Part shown: positions 38,732 through 48,308 of the stretch, piece after piece
Layout of the letters: each line of letters starts with the position of its first letter
Position numbering within the stretch: the first letter of the stretch is position 1
Assembly (NCBI GenBank): GCA_035516075.1
Contig: DATJAQ010000137.1
Coordinates: forward strand, 1 to 62,080
DNA from: Terriglobia bacterium
GTDB lineage: Bacteria > Acidobacteriota > Terriglobia > UBA7540
Length of the DNA: 62,080 bases
Reading direction: 5' to 3'
Notes under the pieces: model-generated
Told to the model about the DNA's origin: nothing
Database searches by the model: none
The model's input: the letters and a program-made list of their open reading frames with translations, nothing else
Translations under genes and position numbers: made by a program

Positions 38732-39949
38732 TCACCTGTCGGGCTGCTGTTTGGCGGCAGGCCGGAGCAGCGCCAGGACGCTCACCGTAGCCAGCAGGGG
38801 CAGGGTGGCGGCGGCGAAGAAGGCCGGATTGTACCCGTACCGGTCCACCAGCCTCCCGACGGCCATCGTGAAGAGCGCGCCCGCCAGGCCCGCGCCCAGG
38901 CCGCTCAAACCGGTGACCGAAGCCACCACATCCTGCGGGAAAAGGTCGGAAGGAAACGTGAGGCCCATGGTCGACCAGCTCGCGTAACCCCATACCGCAA
39001 AGGCGATTAGCGCCAGGGCAAGGTAGGCGCTGTGGGTGGTGGCGGCGGGTATGCCCGCGATCACCGGAAGGCAGCTCGCCGCGCACACCCACTTGCGCGC
39101 CCGCAGCACCGGCAGGCCGCGCTTGATGAGCCAGCCCGAGGCGAACCCGCCCGTGAAGTTACCTAAGTCCGCGGCCACGAAGGGGATCCAGGCGAAGGCG
39201 GCGATTTGCTTCAGGCTGAAGCCGCGCGCGTCGCTGAGGTATTGCGGCAGCCAGAACACGTAAAACCACCAGATAGGGTCGGTGAGCGAGCGGCCCAGCA
39301 GAATCCCCCAGGTGTTGCTCTGGCCCAAAAGGTTCAGCCACTTCGCCGCCCCGGAGCGCGCCGAAAGCGCGGCCGTGTCGCGGCCGGCCTCAATGAGGGC
39401 GCGCTCTTCCGCGCTCAAGCGCGGGTGAACGCTGAGGGGGTGGTAGATGCGCAGCCATAAAGCCAGCCACATCAATCCGAGGACGCCCGAAAGCGCGAAG
39501 GCGTAGCGCCAGCCGAGCCCGAGGGCCACCCACGGAATGGCGACTGCCGCCACCGCGCCGCCCACGCTCGACCCGCTGTCGAAGATGGCCACCGCCACGC
39601 CGCGTTCTCGCGCCGGGAACCACTCGGCCACGGCTTTGCTGGCCCCCGGCCAGTTCACTCCTTCGCCGATGCCGAGCAGAAATCGAAACACCGCAAGCTG
39701 GGAAAGGGAATTGGCGAAGCCCGTCAGCAGGCTGACGATCGACCACCACACCACGGCCAGCGCGAGGCCCAGGCGGGTGCCGATGACATCCAGTAACATC
39801 CCTCCCAACAACCACATAGCGGCGTAGGAGAGTTGAAACGAGGAGAGAATCCAGGAGAGCTGGGTGTGGCTCAGGTGGAACTCGCGGGTGATGATCGGGG
39901 CCAGCACGGAGAGCGTCTGGCGGTTGATGTAGTTGACGACCGTCGACAA
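38732..39949 (-). CDS. MFS transporter (hexuronate/ExuT-like anion:cation symporter type); true N-terminus probably extends to ~40012
   Basis: The motifs NYINRQTLSVLAP and FRFLLGIGEGVNWPGASKAVAEWFPARERG are typical of the family. The in-frame upstream sequence encodes RLRWWIVWTLFL, which completes TM1. Confidence 0.85.
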   Translation of the reverse strand: MSTVVNYINRQTLSVLAPIITREFHLSHTQLSWILSSFQLSYAAMWLLGGMLLDVIGTRLGLALAVVWWSIVSLLTGFANSLSQLAVFRFLLGIGEGVNWPGASKAVAEWFPARERGVAVAIFDSGSSVGGAVAAVAIPWVALGLGWRYAFALSGVLGLMWLALWLRIYHPLSVHPRLSAEERALIEAGRDTAALSARSGAAKWLNLLGQSNTWGILLGRSLTDPIWWFYVFWLPQYLSDARGFSLKQIAAFAWIPFVAADLGNFTGGFASGWLIKRGLPVLRARKWVCAASCLPVIAGIPAATTHSAYLALALIAFAVWGYASWSTMGLTFPSDLFPQDVVASVTGLSGLGAGLAGALFTMAVGRLVDRYGYNPAFFAAATLPLLATVSVLALLRPAAKQQPDR

Positions 39950-40100
39950 AAAGAGCGTCCAGACGATCCACCAGCGCAGGCGTTTGATGGGCCGTGCGGT
40001 CGAGAGGGCGATAGGCTCCTCCGTGTCAGCGCCTTGGCCGGCGATGGGCCGCGCCGTCCAGCTTCTGAAGCGGGCGTGGCGCCTTCGATGCGGCTGGTTC

Positions 40101-40889
40101 TTACTTGGGCCCGGGGGCCAATTTCGCGGCTGAATCCGCGTCGAGATACAGGGTGGCGCGGGGATGCCGGCGCAAAATAGTAGCCGGGCAAGCCGTTGAT
40201 TCAGCTTCGGTTAGAGTTCGGCTTACGATCCCGGCCTTGCGCTCGCCGGGCACGGACAGAATCAGCTCCGGCACGCGCATCAGGGCGGGGATGGTCAGCG
40301 TGATGGCGCGCGACGGCACCTCGTCGAGGCTTGCGAACCAACCTTCGTTCACCTGCTGCCGGCGGCAAACGGCGTCCAATCGGACTACCTTGGCGTCCAC
40401 AGGGTCGTGGAAGTCGGCCTCCGCTGGGTCGTTGAACGCCAGGTGGCCGTTTTCGCCGATGCCAAGCAAGCAGAGCAACGGCCGATGGGCCTGAAGCAGC
40501 GCGGCGTACTCTGCGCAGGTCTTTTCGGCCACCTCCTCGCTTCCCTCGATGAAGTGAAAGCTCCGGAAAGGAACATGGCGCACCAGATTCTCGCGCAAAT
40601 AGTGCCGGAACGAGGCAGGGTGATCTTCGGAGATTCCCAGGTACTCGTCCATGTGGAATCCCGTAATCCGGTTCCAGGGTACGCCGGGCGCGGCCGTCAG
40701 GGCTCGCAGGGTGGCAAGCTGCGACTCGCCGGTGGCAAAGATCACCGCGAGGCTATCGTGTTGCTCAGCCAGGGCTTTCAGCCGCGCCGCCGCGGCCGCC
40801 GCGGCCGCCTGCCCGAGGGCTTGGCGGTTGGGCAGAACTTCAATCGCAAGGGAATTGGAATCCGGCGTGGGGGTGGAGGTTGGCACCAT
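40101..40889 (-). CDS. glucosamine-6-phosphate deaminase / 6-phosphogluconolactonase family protein (NagB-like)
   Basis: The motifs FATGESQ, GFHMDEY and LLGIGENGHLAFNDP form the NagB signature. Confidence 0.8.
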   Translation of the reverse strand: MVPTSTPTPDSNSLAIEVLPNRQALGQAAAAAAAARLKALAEQHDSLAVIFATGESQLATLRALTAAPGVPWNRITGFHMDEYLGISEDHPASFRHYLRENLVRHVPFRSFHFIEGSEEVAEKTCAEYAALLQAHRPLLCLLGIGENGHLAFNDPAEADFHDPVDAKVVRLDAVCRRQQVNEGWFASLDEVPSRAITLTIPALMRVPELILSVPGERKAGIVSRTLTEAESTACPATILRRHPRATLYLDADSAAKLAPGPK

Positions 40890-41148
40890 TGTTTCCTTTC
40901 TGCGGGTGGCTCAACCCGCCTTCGCCCGCTTCCCGGCATCGCGCGCCCGCACGCGCCGCGAGCGTGGTCCCGGCTGGCGGCGGGTGGAGCGAGCGCCGAA
41001 GTCTGCTATTCTACCGCGCCTGCCTCGGCGGCGGCGGGTATAACTCTGCGAGGTTTCCGCCCTGAAGTCGGCACGATGCCGGCAGGACCCTGTTCGGGAA
41101 CGACTGAAGCTGTGGAGGGGTCTGGGCGCACCCGGGCCGCTCGGCCCC

Positions 41149-41994
41149 TTAAAGGGGCGGCTGCTCCGGTCCGAGCGACTGAATCCGGTGATTCACGTGG
41201 GTGCGCTCGAAGTCGGTATTCTGCAAGGAAATGCTGATGTTACGGCTGACGAACATCAGCAATTTGAAGCGAAACTCGGTGCCGAAGCTCACGGGGAACC
41301 ACTCGCCGTCCGGCTGGCGGCCGTACTCCACGTCGAAGCCAATGCCAGGCAGATCGGCCAGGAAAGTGCGAATCAGAAAGGGGATAGGCCGCGAGAGCTT
41401 GGTAAACACGCGCACGGGCTGGAAGTCAGCGGCGTCGATATAGGCCTCGCCCGCCCAAGTGAGATCGTTACGGTCCTTCGGCCTGAAGGCCACGTGATAC
41501 ACTGTTCGGCCGCGCAGCGTTTCCTGGCCCAGGAGCCTAAAAGCGTAGTTCCTCTGCTCGGAAGTGGTGAGGGGAAAGAGGTTATGCGCCAGTCCGTCCT
41601 TGGAGCGCTCGTTGGCGAGGTCCTCGCGGAAGTCATGAATCAGGTCGCCGTCCAGGCTGTCGGCCTGGGGGACGGGCTCGCCTTGAAACGCCAGGTAACC
41701 GCCTTTGTGCCGGTAGTGACCCGCGATGAGCGTGAGGTCCTTTTGGGTGCCGTCGGGCGTCGGCGTCACCACATAGTCCGCGGACTCCTCGCGCATGCGG
41801 GTTCCGTTCGTCTTCTCGGTCACGATGCGGATATGCTGGTGGTAGACGTATTCACGGCGCAACTGGTCGCTGCGGTCCTGATTGGAAGCCACGCGGGCCA
41901 TGATGGCCTCGGCCGTGAGCGGTGGGTTTTCCGCACCGCGCGGCAGCGCAGGGTTGAGGAGCAGAATTGCGGCGGCGAGCGTAGGTACGATCAC
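41149..41994 (-). CDS. secreted hypothetical protein (tentatively LolA-like / outer-membrane lipoprotein-sorting fold)
   Basis: A GTG at 41994 with GGGAGG 10 nt upstream gives a signal-like N-terminus, VIVPTLAAAILLLNPALP. The track's long N-terminal extension is Arg/Cys-rich and unlikely to be coding. The fold call is weak. Confidence 0.5.
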   Translation of the reverse strand: MIVPTLAAAILLLNPALPRGAENPPLTAEAIMARVASNQDRSDQLRREYVYHQHIRIVTEKTNGTRMREESADYVVTPTPDGTQKDLTLIAGHYRHKGGYLAFQGEPVPQADSLDGDLIHDFREDLANERSKDGLAHNLFPLTTSEQRNYAFRLLGQETLRGRTVYHVAFRPKDRNDLTWAGEAYIDAADFQPVRVFTKLSRPIPFLIRTFLADLPGIGFDVEYGRQPDGEWFPVSFGTEFRFKLLMFVSRNISISLQNTDFERTHVNHRIQSLGPEQPPL

Positions 41995-42339
41995 GCCTGG
42001 GCGGCCTCCCACTGGATCACTACGCACCCGGGCGGCCGATCGACCCAAAACTTTTCGCGATCCCGCCCGAGGCGAGCCAAGCCGGCACGCCGCCGAACGA
42101 TGAATCCGGCGCTTGCACATCGCAGGGTCTGCACGCGCTCGCTGCCGGCTGCGCCATACGTCACCGGGCCGGTTCCCGAGTTCGCTCCAGACGAACATCC
42201 CGAAACAGGCCTTGGCCGGGCCGGCCTCGAATGGGCGACGGTGGCGGAGGCAACCCGTATAATGAACGCGTCGCCGGCGGCAGCGAAGAATTTTACACTG
42301 CGATGACAAGGAGTTAGCTGCTCGCGCCCAGAATAAACG

Positions 42340-43218
42340 GTGGAAGCGGCATCGCCGCGGCCTGCCGAACTTGAGGCGTCGGGTTTCGTCATGGAAATTG
42401 TCCTCTGCTGCTTGCTCTGGATACCGCTGCACACCACCTGGGTACCCGTGAGCGACGTCTTGTCGGCCTCCGAACCGCTCGACTTAGGCTACCTCCAAAT
42501 GTACAATTTGGAATTCGCGGCCGCGCATCAGACCTTCAGGGAGTGGGCGAGTATGCACCCCGAGGACCCCCTGGTTTTCTCCTCCGACGCCGCGGCAAAT
42601 TTGTTCAGCGAATTCGACCGCCTGGGGGTGCTGCAGTCGGACCTGTTCGTCGATGACCGCGCCTTCAAACGGCGCAAGGCGCCGACGCCAGACCCGGAGA
42701 TCGGAGAGGCGTTTAACCGGGATCTGGCCACCAGCGATCGACTGGCTGCCGCCATCCTCGAGCGCTCGCCCGACGACAAGCGCGCGCTTTACTCCGAGGT
42801 GCTCAACCTCGGGATGCGGGGAGACTACGCGGCCTTGATTCAAAGGCGGGATCTGGCTGGGCTGGGTTACATGAAGAAGGCAGGCAATCGGGCCGCACAC
42901 CTGCTCGCCGTGGACCCGGAGTGCTACGATGCTTATCTCGCGGTGGGAGTGGAGAACTACTTGCTCGGCCTGAACCCGGCGCCCGTGCGCTGGTTGCTAC
43001 GATTGTATGGGGCCGAAACCAACAAGGAGTTGGGCATCGAAAAGCTCGAGCTGACCGCCGAGAAGGGCCACTACTTGTTGCCTTTTGCGCGCCTGATGCT
43101 GGCGGTCGCAGCCCTTCGCGATCACGACCCCGGCCGAGCGCGGGAACTCCTCGGCGAGTTGGCCCGGCAGTTTCCGAACAACCAACTGTACCAGAAGGAA
43201 CTTGCTCGAATTCATTAG
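42340..43218 (+). CDS. hypothetical helical-repeat (TPR-like) protein upstream of the type III PKS
   Basis: The ORF shows no recognisable catalytic motif. Its start is uncertain (GTG 42340 or ATG 42391) and it ends 38 nt before the PKS start. Confidence 0.5.
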   Translation: MEAASPRPAELEASGFVMEIVLCCLLWIPLHTTWVPVSDVLSASEPLDLGYLQMYNLEFAAAHQTFREWASMHPEDPLVFSSDAAANLFSEFDRLGVLQSDLFVDDRAFKRRKAPTPDPEIGEAFNRDLATSDRLAAAILERSPDDKRALYSEVLNLGMRGDYAALIQRRDLAGLGYMKKAGNRAAHLLAVDPECYDAYLAVGVENYLLGLNPAPVRWLLRLYGAETNKELGIEKLELTAEKGHYLLPFARLMLAVAALRDHDPGRARELLGELARQFPNNQLYQKELARIH

Positions 43219-43255
43219 TGCATTGGGGGCGCCGCCACGAATTAGAGTGAACTTT

Positions 43256-44302
43256 ATGAAAATCGCGAGCGTCGGAAGTGCGTTTCCGGAGCATTACTAC
43301 ACGCAAGCATCGATCACCGAAAGGCTTAAGGCGCACTGGGGCCCGCGCCTAAACAGCCCGCAGTTGCTCGATCGCCTCTATAAAAACTGCGCGGTGGATG
43401 GCCGCTTCCTTTCGGTTTCGCCCGAGAACTACTACGCGATCAACAATTTCGGCCAGGCCAACGACGCCTGGATCAAATGCGCCGAGGAAATCGGCGAGCA
43501 GGCCCTGTGCCGGGCCCTGACGGGCGCCGGCCTCGCGCCCAGCGACATCGACGCCATTTTCATGATCTCGGTCACCGGCATCGCCAGCCCCTCGCTGGAC
43601 GCGCGCTTGGCGAATCGCATGGGGTTTTCGCCCTACATCAAACGAGTCCCCATTTTCGGCCTCGGCTGTGTGGCGGGCGCGGCGGGCCTCGCCCGCGCCT
43701 CGGAGTATACGCGGGCTTTCCCGGACCACGTCGCCGCACTGCTCTCGGTCGAGCTCTGCACGTTGACCTTGCAGAAAGACGACATCTCGATGGCCAACCT
43801 GATCTCCGCCGGCTTGTTTGGCGACGGCGCTGCGGCGGTGATCTTAATGGGATCGGCGCGGGAGGCCGAAGGTCCGGAGATTTTGAGCACTCGCTCGGTG
43901 TTCTATCCCGGCACCGAGCACATTATGGGCTGGGACATTACGGAGAAGGGATTCCGCATCGTGCTGTCGCCCAACCTCCCCGCCCTCATTGAGGAGCACC
44001 TGGGCGCCGATGTGGAGGCTTTCCTCACCGATTGCGGCCTCAGTTTCAGCGACATCGGCTGCTGGATTCTCCACACGGGCGGCCCGCGGATCCTCGAGGC
44101 GACGGCTACGGCGCTCAAGGTGCCGCGCGAGGCCCTCGAGGTTTCCTGGGAGTGTCTGCGCCGGATGGGCAACCTCTCCTCCGCGTCGGTGCTGATGGTT
44201 CTCGAAGAGTTTCTGCGCCGTCGTCCCGCCCCGGGGACTTACGGCCTGCTGGCGGCGATGGGCCCCGGCTTCTGTTCTGAGCTCGTGCTGCTAAGGTGGT
44301 AA
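43256..44302 (+). CDS. type III polyketide synthase (chalcone/stilbene synthase superfamily)
   Basis: The Cys-His-Asn triad contexts are present: GLGCVAGAAGL, ILHTGGPRIL and MGNLSSASV. The N-terminus MKIASVGSAFPEHYY and the size (348 aa) also fit. Confidence 0.9.
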   Translation: MKIASVGSAFPEHYYTQASITERLKAHWGPRLNSPQLLDRLYKNCAVDGRFLSVSPENYYAINNFGQANDAWIKCAEEIGEQALCRALTGAGLAPSDIDAIFMISVTGIASPSLDARLANRMGFSPYIKRVPIFGLGCVAGAAGLARASEYTRAFPDHVAALLSVELCTLTLQKDDISMANLISAGLFGDGAAAVILMGSAREAEGPEILSTRSVFYPGTEHIMGWDITEKGFRIVLSPNLPALIEEHLGADVEAFLTDCGLSFSDIGCWILHTGGPRILEATATALKVPREALEVSWECLRRMGNLSSASVLMVLEEFLRRRPAPGTYGLLAAMGPGFCSELVLLRW

Positions 44303-45432
44303 ATGTGAATTCCGTGCAAGACCGCACGGACGTCCTCATCGTGGGAGGAGGTCCTGCCGGGTTGGCGGCGGCCCTGGCGGCGCGCCGGAAAGGTTTCAAG
44401 GTCATGGTGGCGGACGGCGCTGAGCCGCCGCTCGACAAGGCTTGTGGCGAAGGCCTGATGCCCGACGGCGTCGAAGCGATCCGCCGCTTGGGTGTGCCCC
44501 TTGACTCGGCCGATGGATTCCCGTTTCGAGGCCTCCGGTTTCTGGCGCCGGGGATCTCGGTGGAGGCCACTCTGGCGCGTGGCCGGGGCATCGGGCTGCG
44601 CCGGATTGCGCTCCATCGTTTGCTGCTGAATGCCGCCGCGGCGGCCGGAGTTGAGTTCCTGTGGCGCACCCCGGCCACCGCCCTGCTTCGCGGCGGCGTC
44701 TGCTTCGGAAACCGCTTCGTACGGGCCCGCTGGACGGTGGGTGCGGACGGCGCCGGCTCCCGGATGCGCCGTTGGGCCGGCCTTGGTCGCAAGCGTTTTG
44801 GCTCGCGGCGATTCGGCTTCCGCCGCCACTTCCGCATTGGCCCGTGGACGGACTGCGTGGAGGTTTATTGGGGCGCCGGCTGCCAGCTTTACGTTACCCC
44901 GGTCAGCGCCCGCGAGGTGTGCGTGGCCCTGATTTCGCGCCGCGCCGGCCTGCGGCTTGCCGAGGCCCTGCCGAAGTTTCCCGAGCTTCGGGCCCGCCTT
45001 GAAGACGCCGAACCCACCAGCGCGGAGAGGGGCGCCGTCTCCGCCACCTTCCGGCTCAGGCGCGTTTGCCGTGGGCCCGTCGCTCTGGTGGGGGATGCCT
45101 CAGGCGCGCTCGATGCCATCAGCGGTGAAGGCCTCGGCCTCTGTTTTCATCAAGCGCACGCCCTGGCTTCGGCTCTAGAAGCCGATGACCTCTCGCTCTA
45201 CCAGCGCGAGCACCGCCGCCTGGCGCGGCGGCCGATGCTCATGACCGCCTTGATGCTTGCCATGGATCGCTGGGCGGGATGGCGCGATCGGGCATTGCGC
45301 GCCCTGGCGTTGAATCCGGCCGCCTTCGCCCGTTTGCTCTCCATGCATGTGGGCGCCTCGTCAGGGCCCGAATTTGTCAGAAAAGCTTTGCTTCCGCTAG
45401 CGTCCGAAATGCTATGGAGCTCAAGCCGATGA
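44296..45432 (+). CDS. FAD-dependent oxidoreductase (geranylgeranyl-reductase / aromatic-ring hydroxylase-like)
   Basis: DVLIVGGGPAGLAAAL is a GxGxxG motif, and the ..CGEGLMP.. and ..LVGDASGALDAISGEG.. segments also fit the family. The GTG start overlaps the PKS stop. Confidence 0.85.
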   Translation: MVNVNSVQDRTDVLIVGGGPAGLAAALAARRKGFKVMVADGAEPPLDKACGEGLMPDGVEAIRRLGVPLDSADGFPFRGLRFLAPGISVEATLARGRGIGLRRIALHRLLLNAAAAAGVEFLWRTPATALLRGGVCFGNRFVRARWTVGADGAGSRMRRWAGLGRKRFGSRRFGFRRHFRIGPWTDCVEVYWGAGCQLYVTPVSAREVCVALISRRAGLRLAEALPKFPELRARLEDAEPTSAERGAVSATFRLRRVCRGPVALVGDASGALDAISGEGLGLCFHQAHALASALEADDLSLYQREHRRLARRPMLMTALMLAMDRWAGWRDRALRALALNPAAFARLLSMHVGASSGPEFVRKALLPLASEMLWSSSR

Positions 45433-46058
45433 CCGCGTTCGCGCCTAGGCCGAGACGCTCAGGGGCGCCGATGATGACGGCCCTGGCCGCGGTGGCGCTC
45501 TTTGCCATCGGCGCGCTCCCCTTGTGGGCGGAGGAGGTCACACTCGAGCTCGATTCCGCCCGGACGGTGGTCAGTTTCACCACCAGCGACACCGTTCACA
45601 CGGTTCGCGGAAGCTTCAAGCTCAAGCGCGGCTCCATCACCTACGATCCCGCCACCGGCCAGGCCCACGGCGAAGTGGTGGTGGACGCCACCAGCGAAGA
45701 CACCGGCATTGCCATGCGCGACCGCAAGGTGAAAAAAGACGTCCTGGAGAGCCAGACGTACCCGGAAATCACCTTTGTGCCCGATCACCTGGAGGGCGCG
45801 CTTCCGCCGCAGGGCGATTTCAAGGTGGATATCCACGGCGTCTTTCGTATCCACGGCGGCGACCACGAGATGACCGTGCCCTTGCAGGTGCAGCATAAAC
45901 CCGACGGCTTTGAGGTCTCGACCCATTTTCGGGTGCCGTACCACGACTGGGGCATGAAGAACCCCGGCACTTTTTTCATTCGTGTGTCCAATCGGGTGGA
46001 AATCGACGTGCGGACCGTCGCGCGCCTGGCGGCCCACCCGGTGGATCGCGCTCCTTAG
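45429..46058 (+). CDS. YceI-family (polyisoprenoid/lipid-binding) periplasmic protein
   Basis: It has a signal peptide and the YceI pattern V.F....VHTVRGSF....G.I, then SEDTGIAMRDRKVKKDVLESQTYPEITF. It has an ATGA overlap with the flavoprotein gene. Confidence 0.85.
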   Translation: MTAFAPRPRRSGAPMMTALAAVALFAIGALPLWAEEVTLELDSARTVVSFTTSDTVHTVRGSFKLKRGSITYDPATGQAHGEVVVDATSEDTGIAMRDRKVKKDVLESQTYPEITFVPDHLEGALPPQGDFKVDIHGVFRIHGGDHEMTVPLQVQHKPDGFEVSTHFRVPYHDWGMKNPGTFFIRVSNRVEIDVRTVARLAAHPVDRAP

Positions 46059-46087
46059 CGCCCGGCGCATAGCTGGAAATCGCCCGC

Positions 46088-47077
46088 CTACCACGCCGCC
46101 AACAGTGCATGCAAGTTGTGGAAATGGTGGGTGCCCAGATACAGGCCGGTCATCAGGGTGGCGTTGTAGGCGGCGTGGAGAATCACGCTCGGCGCGAGCG
46201 ACCCCGTGATGCCGCGCGCCAGCGAAAATACTATGCCCACCACCAGGATCATGGCCACGTGCGTCCAGGCGCCCCAGTACTCGGGCACGTGCATCGCGGC
46301 GAACAACAGCGCCGTTCCCGCCACTGCAAACGTCAAGCCGAGGCCGCGCTCGAAGAAGGAGAACAACACCGCGCGGAAGATGAGCTCTTCCATAAAAGGA
46401 GCCACCGTAACGGCAAACGCACTCAGCGCGTAAGCGGCTACGGGCGAGCTGAAGAGCTTTTCGAGGGGAAACGACTTGCTCTCCGGCGTGAGCGAGGATG
46501 CAAGGGCCAGCCCGACCGCCAGCACGATGCCGCCGAAGACCAGTCTCAGCGCCCCTCGGCCGCCCGGCCAGCGCCAGCGAATGCCCTCCCAGAAGGGCTG
46601 CCGGTAGTACACCCCAACCATCAGGAAGATGAAGAGGAGCAAAGGGCCGTAGAAGATCAACTGCACGACGATGGCGAACAGCGCGTTCTCATCCAGCGCT
46701 GAGACCGGCGTTTGCCAGCCCATCACCGGCCTCAGTGCCGCGTAGCCGGCGAGCGACAGGAACTGCGACAACAAGAGCCAGAACACCGTGAACACCAAAA
46801 ACAGCGCCAGATCGCGGCCTCTCCAGGGCACGGGCGGCGCCGAGGGGACGCTGGCGAACGATGGCAAGGGAAAGCCTACCGAGCTGGCCTGAGCGGGCCG
46901 CATCGGCCCGGCGGAGCCGCCCTTCTCCGCCTGGCTCTCAGCCGTGAATCCGGCCGCGGGAGCCCCTGCGGATTCGAGGGCCGCCGGAGCTGCAATGGGG
47001 GCCGGTGCCCCTGCTTCGGGCTCTGCCCGTGATTCGGCGTGGCCAGCGTTCGGATTGTTTCCGGTCTCGTCGTTCAT
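46088..47077 (-). CDS. CPBP-family intramembrane glutamic endopeptidase (CAAX protease/Abi) with a ~100-aa low-complexity N-terminal extension
   Basis: The three CPBP motifs are present: FMEELIFRAVL (EExxxR), FAAMHV (FxxxH) and LHAAYN (HxxxN). Confidence 0.8.
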   Translation of the reverse strand: MNDETGNNPNAGHAESRAEPEAGAPAPIAAPAALESAGAPAAGFTAESQAEKGGSAGPMRPAQASSVGFPLPSFASVPSAPPVPWRGRDLALFLVFTVFWLLLSQFLSLAGYAALRPVMGWQTPVSALDENALFAIVVQLIFYGPLLLFIFLMVGVYYRQPFWEGIRWRWPGGRGALRLVFGGIVLAVGLALASSLTPESKSFPLEKLFSSPVAAYALSAFAVTVAPFMEELIFRAVLFSFFERGLGLTFAVAGTALLFAAMHVPEYWGAWTHVAMILVVGIVFSLARGITGSLAPSVILHAAYNATLMTGLYLGTHHFHNLHALLAAW

Positions 47078-47086
47078 CGGATCAGG

Positions 47087-48052
47087 TTACTCCAGCGCGG
47101 CCGCCAGGAGCGGAATCATCAACTCGTGGTGCCCCGTCAGGGCGAAACCGCGGCTGGGCCGCCCGGCCCGCGCAGGGGCCAGGGCTGCCGGCCTGCGGAC
47201 CACGTTTTCGGTGGGGCGGTAGTGCTGGATGAAGTCCAGGTTCACGGTGACCAGACTTCGCGGGGGGCGCCCCAGGTTCGCGGCCAGGCTCACGCACTTC
47301 AGGAACACCTCGGGCAGGATTACCGCCGAGCCGCAGTTCAAATACACGCCGCCACGGTGCATCTGCTTCACCAGCGCTGCCAGGAGCAGAAAGTCGCGAT
47401 GCGTGGCGGCGCCGAGGGCGCGCGCATCCATGGCAGGGTGATTGTGAATGATGTCGGTGCCAATTGCCTCGTGCACCGTCACCGGCACCCGCAACCGGTA
47501 AGCCGCCGCCAGCAGACTGTAGCGGCGGAAGCGAGCGCCTCGGAGCCGGGCCAGCAATCGCCCCGCGGCTTCGCCAATGCCGATCCGGTCGCGGTCGCCG
47601 GCAATGATCGACTCGTTGAGATAGCGGCCCGTTTCATCCGCCATGCCGAAACGTCCCTTGCCGAGCACGGCCGGAACGTCTTCGGAGGTGGAACCAACCA
47701 GCGCGATTTCAAAATCGTGGATGAGGGCCGCGCCGTTCATCGCAAAGGCGGTCACGTAACCGCGGCGCAAGAGGTCGATCAGCACCGGACCCAGGCCCAC
47801 TTTGATCACGTGGCCTCCCAGGCCCCAGATGATGGGCTGGTTGTCGTGCCGGGCGCGCTCGAGGGCCTCGACCACGCCGCGAAAGCTCTCGCCGGCCAAG
47901 ATCTTGGGCAGCGACTTTACCCAGGCGCGCACTGACACGCCCCGTGCCGGCACGCGGGCAAAGTGCTCCACCGAAACCTTGCTCGGCCGCGAGGCGAGGG
48001 GGTAGGTGCGGACCTTGTCGAGCTTCAGCGGCTGCTGGCGGTAAATCGTCAT
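47087..48052 (-). CDS. deoxyhypusine-synthase-like (DHS-like NAD-binding fold) protein, function unknown
   Basis: GLGGHVIKVGLGPVLIDLLRRGYVTAFAMNGAALIHDFEIALVG resembles the archaeal DHS segment ..G..vdvlVsTGAnl.HD..eA.G. The call rests on memory of that family only. Confidence 0.45.
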   Translation of the reverse strand: MTIYRQQPLKLDKVRTYPLASRPSKVSVEHFARVPARGVSVRAWVKSLPKILAGESFRGVVEALERARHDNQPIIWGLGGHVIKVGLGPVLIDLLRRGYVTAFAMNGAALIHDFEIALVGSTSEDVPAVLGKGRFGMADETGRYLNESIIAGDRDRIGIGEAAGRLLARLRGARFRRYSLLAAAYRLRVPVTVHEAIGTDIIHNHPAMDARALGAATHRDFLLLAALVKQMHRGGVYLNCGSAVILPEVFLKCVSLAANLGRPPRSLVTVNLDFIQHYRPTENVVRRPAALAPARAGRPSRGFALTGHHELMIPLLAAALE

Positions 48053-48308
48053 GCGTCTTTAGATTTCGGTGCGCTCGCTCAGGGCGCCCTCACGTCACTT
48101 TCGCCTTGGTCGCGCCGCCCGAATCTCAGCATCAATCGCTGAGGGCGAGAGCTGAGCCAATCTGTGCTGCGTCGCATGGCACCGCATTCGCGAGAGCGCC
48201 CGTTGGGCCTTGATCCGCCTGATCATGCGTGACAGGAATTTCACGCCTCTCCACTCGCTCGTTCTCTTGGGTAGGACAGCGCGACGCCGGCTGCAAGTCT
48301 GGCCCAAA

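Noticed and set aside
41995-42432. N-terminal 146-aa extension of the 41149-42432 ORF
   Set aside because: The extension is Arg/Cys-rich and lacks protein-like character. It overlaps the divergent gene's upstream region. A GTG with GGGAGG at 41994 gives a proper signal peptide.
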